From NCBI GenBank assembly GCA_043228905.1, contig JBHGNT010000015.1:3162001-3226000 (forward strand): a stretch of 64,000 bases of DNA. Reading direction: 5' to 3'. The notes beneath the pieces were generated by a model. The model ran no database searches and was not told the DNA's origin. It worked only from the letters and a program-made list of their open reading frames with translations. Position 1 is the stretch's first letter. Each line of letters starts with the position of its first letter. The stretch is from Azolla caroliniana. Its lineage: Eukaryota > Plantae > Polypodiophyta. Shown here piece by piece: positions 56,676-64,000 of the stretch. Made by a program: the position numbers and the translations under genes.

Positions 56676-59600
56676 TTAAAGCCGAGAGAGTAGTGTTCTA
56701 TACATTCTCTTTCCACGCCCAAGAACGTGAGCTTCCCAATCAGTTGAAACTCCATATGGATTCTCGACAAGCCAACCTTCGTCATCACACTTTGATGAGT
56801 CCTCATGCTCATGACTCATACGTATACAGCCATTGCCATGTTCCATGAAGTCTTCTCTTAGTTGAAGTGCCACGGACTTCACATCTGACTGAAGAAATAT
56901 CTGAACATGATAGAAGTATAAATAAACAGAGATCCAATGTTTAATCCAATGAAATGCCAAAACAATGCCTTCAAAAACAACCATTTACGCAATAAGTGAT
57001 CTGATTCCTTATATATTTTTTTATCATATTGTCCAATATCTTGCAATGGCCAAAGAAACTTTATTTTTATGCATGGACCCGAGCATAAATCAAGTTATGT
57101 AAGTCATCCTCTAAAGAAAGTTCAACACTAGTATCTTCAGCATCATTTCCAAAGCTTCAAACTACCATATATAGGTGATAGTGACAAATTCTATATTCCC
57201 AAGCTAGAATGCATAGACATCAAAGCTTCCTTAAGCGATTCGTGATTGGTGATTGTGTACAAGTTCACATGAAATATCAATAAGATGACTAGATTCCTGG
57301 TAGATAAGGTCCTGACATGTACACCAAGGTATTGAACCTTTTGGTACATGCCCAATGGAAATCGCTTCTATTGCACCCAATAATCAAAGCAAGGGATCAA
57401 TAGTGTGAAGGCAGAAAGCTATGTGGAAGGGCTTCCTGGAAATATTCTAAGATGGCAGGCAAGTCAAGGAGGTGGCCAAAATAGGACCACAGTCTAGAAT
57501 GGCATTGTTAGAGATGAAAAAGAAGGATGTTAACTTCTGATGTGTCCTTACTGTGCATATTTGTGAGCAAGAATGATGTTCCTCTATGTTGATTAAGGCT
57601 AATTCTTGTGAGTCAAACATGTAATGGAGTGAGTAACTGATAAAACTGCTAAAAAATGGTAGACATACTGTGGCAGATTGACCACACACTGGTCACAATT
57701 ATGTACAATTTATCAAACAGGGAAAGTATTCGTGCATCAGAAATTTCTTCATGGCTTCTTTAGCCACTATCATCAACAGTACAACTGATTTATTTGTGCT
57801 TCATCTTCACACCGTTGCTTGATTCTCAAAAGAACCATTTACATTATGCACCATAAATTACAAAGAAAATGGAAATGATTACTTTAATTTAGAATCTGTA
57901 CCTTCCCGTCCTTTGCCAATATGTCAATTATTTGCTCAACAAGTTGCTTCTGCACCATCCTTCTCCGACAATCATTATTAGAGAAATTTGGAACTGGACA
58001 CTGCAATGGTTGTACAAAATGAACAGGAAAATAAATTTGAGAAAAAATGGGAATAAAAAATTCCTCAAAAGTGTTTCTACTAACCCAAATAAAAAGTTAA
58101 GAGGAAGAAATTATAATTTGAGAACAAAATTGAAAAAGGTATTTGAAACTGTTTGTACTAACCCCCTAAATTTTAAAAAGCCTGATTCCAATTAATTACT
58201 AGGCACTTTATGTTTTAAGCAACATTACACAAGATGAATTATTATAATCAGTTTTCATTATGCCCAAATTACCTGAATTGCTACAAAAGTAATCTTCGCA
58301 GGATATGTTGATAGAATTCTCTTGAACATTGTTGCTGCATCTGCTTGCAAAAAGTGCCTGTTTAACGAGACAATAATATAATCGTTAAATTAGTAATAGA
58401 AATACATTATGTTCAGAAACAAAGTGTCTCTATTAAAGAAATCCACAAACGCAGACAAACATGAAGAAGCAATTTTTATTTCCAGACTTACACATTTGAT
58501 AGATTTTGGCCCAATGCATGGCTCATGCACCGATCAACAAGCTGTGCAATAAAATATTAATATTAATTTAGTTTCCAGATGAAGCCACACTCTGCAATCA
58601 GAGGAAATATCCATTAAACTGAGTGAAAAACTTATACAGAACAAAGAGAAATCATTGTACGTTCTCTTGACACAGAAATCATCAAACTGAATAAAGATGA
58701 GAATTTCTGAGTTTGCTCACCCATAATCACCCCCCACCTAATCCAATGCAGCTGTAAATATAATAATTTGTGACACTAAGGCAAATCATTTACCTTCATC
58801 AATGGCACAAGGCTTTACATCTATTCACATATTATGGAAATCTTGAAGCCAACTAACTAAAACCTCATTCAATGGCCACGTTACAGCCAGAAAACACAGT
58901 TGAAACCTTGAAGACAGATAAAGAGCTGGCCATCTAATAGCCAAACAGAATTGCTGAGAGCTTGAAAACAAGATTAATTCTTGTTTACACAAAAAAAAAA
59001 AGAGACAGAAGGAAGGCTAGTTAATTCCTGTAGGAAAAATAGGCGCAGATTTTTAATTTGGCAGGTCCAACAGAAACAGATGTCCATCTACTAGATTTAA
59101 ACATACCCTTCAACACAATGGTAAGAAACACGGCACTCCAAAGGCACAGTCATAAAATTCTGATTTAAATGGAGAAATCATGTTACGCATACCTTTTTTC
59201 TGATCTCCAATCCAAGGAAATTCACTGGTAGCCCAGAGGAACTTGCCATATTGAGAATGAATAAGCCATTCCCTACTTGTTAATAAGATAAAATTTAGCA
59301 AATGGAAAATATGCATTGCAAAAACGAACTTCTTTTAGTTAATATCACTGGAGTTTATGGTTTAAATCATGCCCAGAAGGAAGGAAACAAGAAAATACCA
59401 CATCCAATATCTACAAATAAAGGTAATTCTGGTTTCTCATATATCCTCTCCCAATTTGGTGACTTTGGACATGCCTGAGAACAAAATATAAGACATAAAT
59501 GCATATTTGATTAATGCTACTCTTGAAATACTATTTAAGGTTAATATCCAAATATAAAGTGAGTCTACAAACATTTTCCTTTCCATAAAAAACAAGATGT

Positions 59601-62600
59601 TTCTAGACTATCAAATATGAAAAAGCTGCATTCATACTCGTGAAAACTGTTACACAAGAAAGCATTCGCTCGTAAACAACACCAGTTTTTGTTTACCACC
59701 AAAACATTTTCAGAAACATAAAATCGTTTTCCACAAGAACGTGAAATAAGAAAGTGTTCAAAAGACATACAAAATCAAGAGCAGACACTCCTGGAAGGTT
59801 TGCACCTTTTAAAACCTCTATGAATGCAGCATGACCTCTCGAGATATGTGATACTGAAGAGGACAGACCCTCTCTTTTTAGAGCAGACGTAGGTTCTATC
59901 CCTCCAACAATGGTTAAGCATCCATTGTGCGTAATGTCTGCAAATGTCCTGGCCAGTAGTTTGGATGCTTGCAGATCCTCCATTTGATTGCTTACAGAAA
60001 CAGGACCAATCCACATTGCCATCTGTCAGCAAAAGGAAGAAAATTCAATTACGCCCCTAAAAACAAAATAATATAAACAAAAGACATAGCAATGAGTTAT
60101 CAGAATCTATCATCAATCCTATCTTTCAATTGATTATCCTGTTGCAAATTTATAATTTTCCAAGGTACAGAGTAAAGCATGTATCATAAGATACTCTATA
60201 TGCAATGAATTAAGAAAGTAGTATGAAAACTTTTACAAAAGAATATCATGACATGAAAGTAAGAAAATTGAATCCAGGACTGAGGAGAATAACAAAACCT
60301 GAATATATCGCATACTCTAGATCATTGAAAGTGGATACAGGTATCAATATGGTTTATGTCAAATCAATAAACTGTTAAATTCAATGACTGGTCATAATCA
60401 TTGCAAGTTTCCAAACGTAAATGTGGATCCACGTCTTATGAAATATAAGTACTATGAGTTATAAAGAAGGCAACATAGAACAATATCCTGCATGCAAATA
60501 TTTGGAATCAGAGGGTACAAATTACAATCTCGACTGACAGCTCATCAACTATTTAAAATAATTGGAGGGCAAGGCAATCAAAATGCAATTACCTTTGAAG
60601 GATATAATGTTTCTTGTATATTTTGCAATGTGATTGGCCCAAGACCAACTGGCCACCAACCTACAAGAATAGAAAATCCCATTTCCCACAAAAATAAGCT
60701 TTTTGAATTGTAAGCCCTCCATTTCTGACTGATTTAAAGTTTGGCTAGAGAAACGATCCAAACAGCAAAATAAATGCTAAAAGAGTTAATAAAAAAATAA
60801 ATGTCAATAAAAGAATGGCTCTAGAACAAGAATCGAAAAACCCATTTTCCCAAAATTAGCTTTTCAAATGATTAAGTCCACCCTTTCTAACTAACTTAAA
60901 GTATGGCTAGAGAAAGGATCCAAAAAGCAAAATTAACACTAAAAGAGTTATGAGAAAGTAGATGTCAATAAAAGAATGGCTCTAAAACAACTATCCAGTC
61001 TGATTACCATGAAACTTCAAGGAGCTCAAAATACTGGATCCAAAAAATCCAAACAGATGATGGGTTATGATGCCTCAATGGACATCTAGATTCTATGAGC
61101 TAATACAAGGTCATCCTTTATGGACAGTCACTAGAACATTTCTACTGGGTTTCTCCATTCATTATTCACCAGATCAGGGCAGAGCGCATTCTTGACAGAA
61201 CTACGTACTGGTTTAGACAATGGTCTACAGGCTCATGGGGCATATAATCCACAGAAATCAAAACACATGTCTAAAAGCCAAGGAAGAAATTGACACTCGG
61301 GCTAAAGCACCACTGAATCCATCTTTTTTGTTCTAATAAAAAATATTCATGCAAACAACACTACCAATTTTCCACAGCTGGAGACATGGTTGACCACTTC
61401 AAAGTCAAGGAGTCCACAAGATTGATTCAGTTGTTTGAGTGAAACCCAAGACCAAGCTTTCAAAGAAAGTATTACATATATTCGATAAAGTTAGGTTACC
61501 ACGGTGAGAATCATAAACCCCTTAATAATGGGAATGAGGATCTTGTACTAAATTAATCATAACTTCATTGCTATTTAGTCAAAACATTAAAAACATGATT
61601 AAAAGTGTCTACTTTCCTAATACCAGGTTATTTAGCAAAAGTTTATTTTGGGAATACGCTATGTTTTATGGCCTGGAGTAGACAAATTCTTTTAAAGAGA
61701 ATTGTTGCAGTAATAGGAATTAAAGACTGTAACGAACGAGAAAGATCACCTTCAGAAATATCATCAGCAGCAAAAATTTGATAAGCATGGTCCTTGTTGT
61801 AACATAAAAAGTCGACAGGTAGCATTACATTCACCCCTTTCTCTGCTGCCATGCTGAGAAATTTAAGAGCATCTGACACCATATTGCTTTCAACAAAACT
61901 CGAGGGGCAATAATAACCCAACGAATTAAAGAAAGTGTACACCATTGATCCAATCACTATGATGGAGTTGCATTTATCAACTAATTTAGACAGTACATCA
62001 ATTGATAGAGAGAGCTTTGATCCACCTATCTGTAACAAATCAGAATAGATAAGATAATATATCATAATCATCATCTCTCTCATGCACTCCATAGTATGAT
62101 AGGGCAGCTCAGGACCTCTACAATCAGTTAGAGGTTGAGGCAGGAAAGGATATAAAGGAAAGAATCTGCCAACTGTACCATTGGGATGTGTAATCCGAGA
62201 TATGTCATATTTACTGTTTTTATGAAATAAAGGGAAGAAACACTGCCTCTTCAAATCAGTCTTTGGTTCAGACCTCATGGTAATGGAATAAGAAGACAAC
62301 AATCATTGGGACTGTTCTTGGTCCAAATCAAGAGGCAGAAAACTTGGTTGGCACACAAAAATATAACATGTTAAGTACCTACCATCCAGGTTCTTCGGCA
62401 TTAAGAATATTCATAAAGCTTAAGAGGACACTAGAAAAACAGCAGATAGAGTAACTCTTACTTAAAACTTGTAGCCAAATGGCCACCCTCATGTGAAAGG
62501 GGCCCCACCTCATTGTAAAAAGATATAAAAGCCACACTGTTGACTGGAGGAGTTTTTCTTTCTTGAGTTTTCTACTTTCACATAATTAAATGAGAGCTCT

Positions 62601-64000
62601 AATTCTTTCCTCTCAATCTCTCACTTGAGCCAAAGAGTGACTAACGTTAGGAGCTAATTAGCCGAACTCTAATTGCTTTACCTTATGTATGTGTTGTATA
62701 CATCTTCATAATAGAAACAAAGTGTTCCTTATCTTGTATTCTTCTTATGCAAGTGTATTTAGTTATGATCTTCTATTAAGAGAGAGTTAACACAAGAAAG
62801 AGTGAGCGCAAGTGCTAGTTATACTAGGGTTGTGAGACTAGAAGCTCATGGGTGATCAATAACCACTCTTGCCCAGTTTGCTACCAATAAGGTAAACAGA
62901 GGTTCAGATCCTTTGGCCAACAATATCGTCATGGAGGTAGACCTCCATCAATTCGTTGACATGTTCTGGTGTCATGTACACAAAAGCTGCACACAGCAAA
63001 AATTCATCGGCAAAGAACCATAACCCCTCCTTCCCATGCTACAAGCCAATGCACAAGTAGGGTTCCAATCACAACAATCAAAAGGGCAAAGGATTGAATA
63101 CAAATTATCAATTTATTGTGCATGTAGGCAATGCCCATTTGGACTATGCTCCCATCACTTATATTCCTTGCTTTGGAACCCTCTCCAACTTGGATGGACC
63201 CATGTTAGAGATCTTTTGAACACAAGAGTTATTCGGTACCTTAAGCAGTTTTACTAATCTCGTTATATTTACTTAGTTTCTTGCAATCTCTCATTCAGAC
63301 TCATAGACCATTTTGACCTCTTAAAAGATGTTAATATTTCTTTCTTCTTTCTATCTCTCTTGAGAAATAAAAATTAGGATAGGGCATACAACTGCAATGA
63401 AGGGAAGCTCTGGTGATGATATTGCCTTGGTCAAGAAAAGAAGTTCTCTCTCAAGTTGAAAACCTGCAAGCCTGGCCCTAGTGAAACATGCTATACCCAC
63501 TGTCGATGCTAAAACTCTATGTGATATTGAGAAGGCGTCATTAACAAGAATATCAATGTTTTTGGACAATTCCTTGGCAAAGTCTTTGTCATTTGCCACT
63601 TCCTCTTTGTATAGCTTCAAGTTTCCCAACAATAAAATCTCCCCGTTTGACAAGCCTTCAATTTCTTTCTTCACTGCAGGACCTATCACGGAATTCACTG
63701 CCGAGATTTTTTTATCCAAATGCTGAGATAGGCAATCTATCAAAAAGCAACATGACTTAGTAAAAAAATATGCAAAAAAATTTAGCATGCATACTTCTGC
63801 CCACAGATTTGAAATGGAATTGACATGGAATTGTGAAAGTAAGAAATGAGAACACCTGCAATCATTTGAAAATCCATCAATTCATTAGGAGATTGGAACG
63901 GTGACCAATGACTTGCAATAACAATTCGAGCACCACAAGTAATCAAATATGATATTGTAGAGATAGCATCCGGTGCTAGTTCAACATCAATAACATCCCC
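56676..64000 (-). CDS. Fusion of a phosphoglycerate-kinase-like domain and a tRNA (guanine-N7)-methyltransferase (TrmB/Trm8-like) domain; 5' end outside the window
   Basis: PGK-like exons: >64000-63856, 63736-63390, 62029-61750, 60660-60593, 60022-59771 (VNDAFSISHR, AGFQLEREL, IGGSK, LPVDF, VLKGANLPGVSALDF). TrmB-like exons: 59474-59399, 59272-59193, 58541-58492, 58357-58273, 58000-57902, 56900-56676 (PLFVDIGCGNG, NFLGLEIRKKLV, NVHFLQADA, IQCPVPNF, GKIFLQSDV, ENPYGVSTDWE..V..RG..MYR). All introns are GT-AG and in phase, with no stop between the domains. Confidence 0.9.
60664..60990. repeat. Tandem duplication of about 163 bp at an intron 3' end of the PGK-TrmB gene
   Basis: caagaat.gaaaa.cccattt...ggctagagaaa.gatccaaa.agcaaaat...atgtcaataaaagaatggctcta.aacaa occurs twice. 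Confidence 0.88.
62369..62792 (+). mobile_element. Candidate old solo LTR (424 bp) in an intron of the PGK-TrmB gene
   Basis: TGTTAA...TTAACA termini, internal TATAAAAG followed by a CT-rich tract and tgta-rich 3' part. TSD match is poor (TAACA/CAAGA). Confidence 0.4.

Noticed and set aside
56676-56984. Stand-alone 102-aa gene
   Set aside because: The N-terminal part is intronic. From 56900 it is the in-phase last exon of the PGK-TrmB fusion.
58795-58954. Alternative coding exon for the TrmB post-motif-I segment
   Set aside because: It contains a stop and lacks LGLEI. The exon at 59272-59193 supplies that motif in phase.
59693-59770. PGK ending at the stop at 59693, as the ORF track suggests
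   Set aside because: The tail VCLLNTFLF... is intron read-through after a GTATGT donor. Splicing to 59474 gives a coherent TrmB domain.

Overview
Land-plant nuclear DNA: AT-rich, GT-AG introns and CT/AG microsatellites near the gene 5' ends. Lineage cannot be fixed from sequence alone. I spliced seven intron-containing genes by hand: a SPA1-like light-signalling repressor (+), a fibrillin-5-like plastid protein (+, last intron looks U12-type), a calcium-dependent protein kinase (-), a p24-delta cargo receptor (+), a NEP1-interacting-protein-like RING-H2 ligase (-), a malectin-like/LRR receptor-like protein of the RLP4 type (-), and a gene that runs off the right edge (-). In that last gene, a degenerate phosphoglycerate kinase (PGK) domain splices in frame through six further exons, five of them not translated in frame by the ORF track, into a TrmB/Trm8-type tRNA m7G46 methyltransferase domain. 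Both halves have substitutions in key motifs, and this fusion is the most interesting item in the window. Accessory DNA includes a decayed L1 LINE with an extra unassigned reading frame, a 955-bp solo-LTR-like element carrying a tRNA-like cassette, a hAT-type MITE inside a promoter minisatellite, intronic LINE relics and several tandem duplications. Exon coordinates were read by eye and checked for phase.
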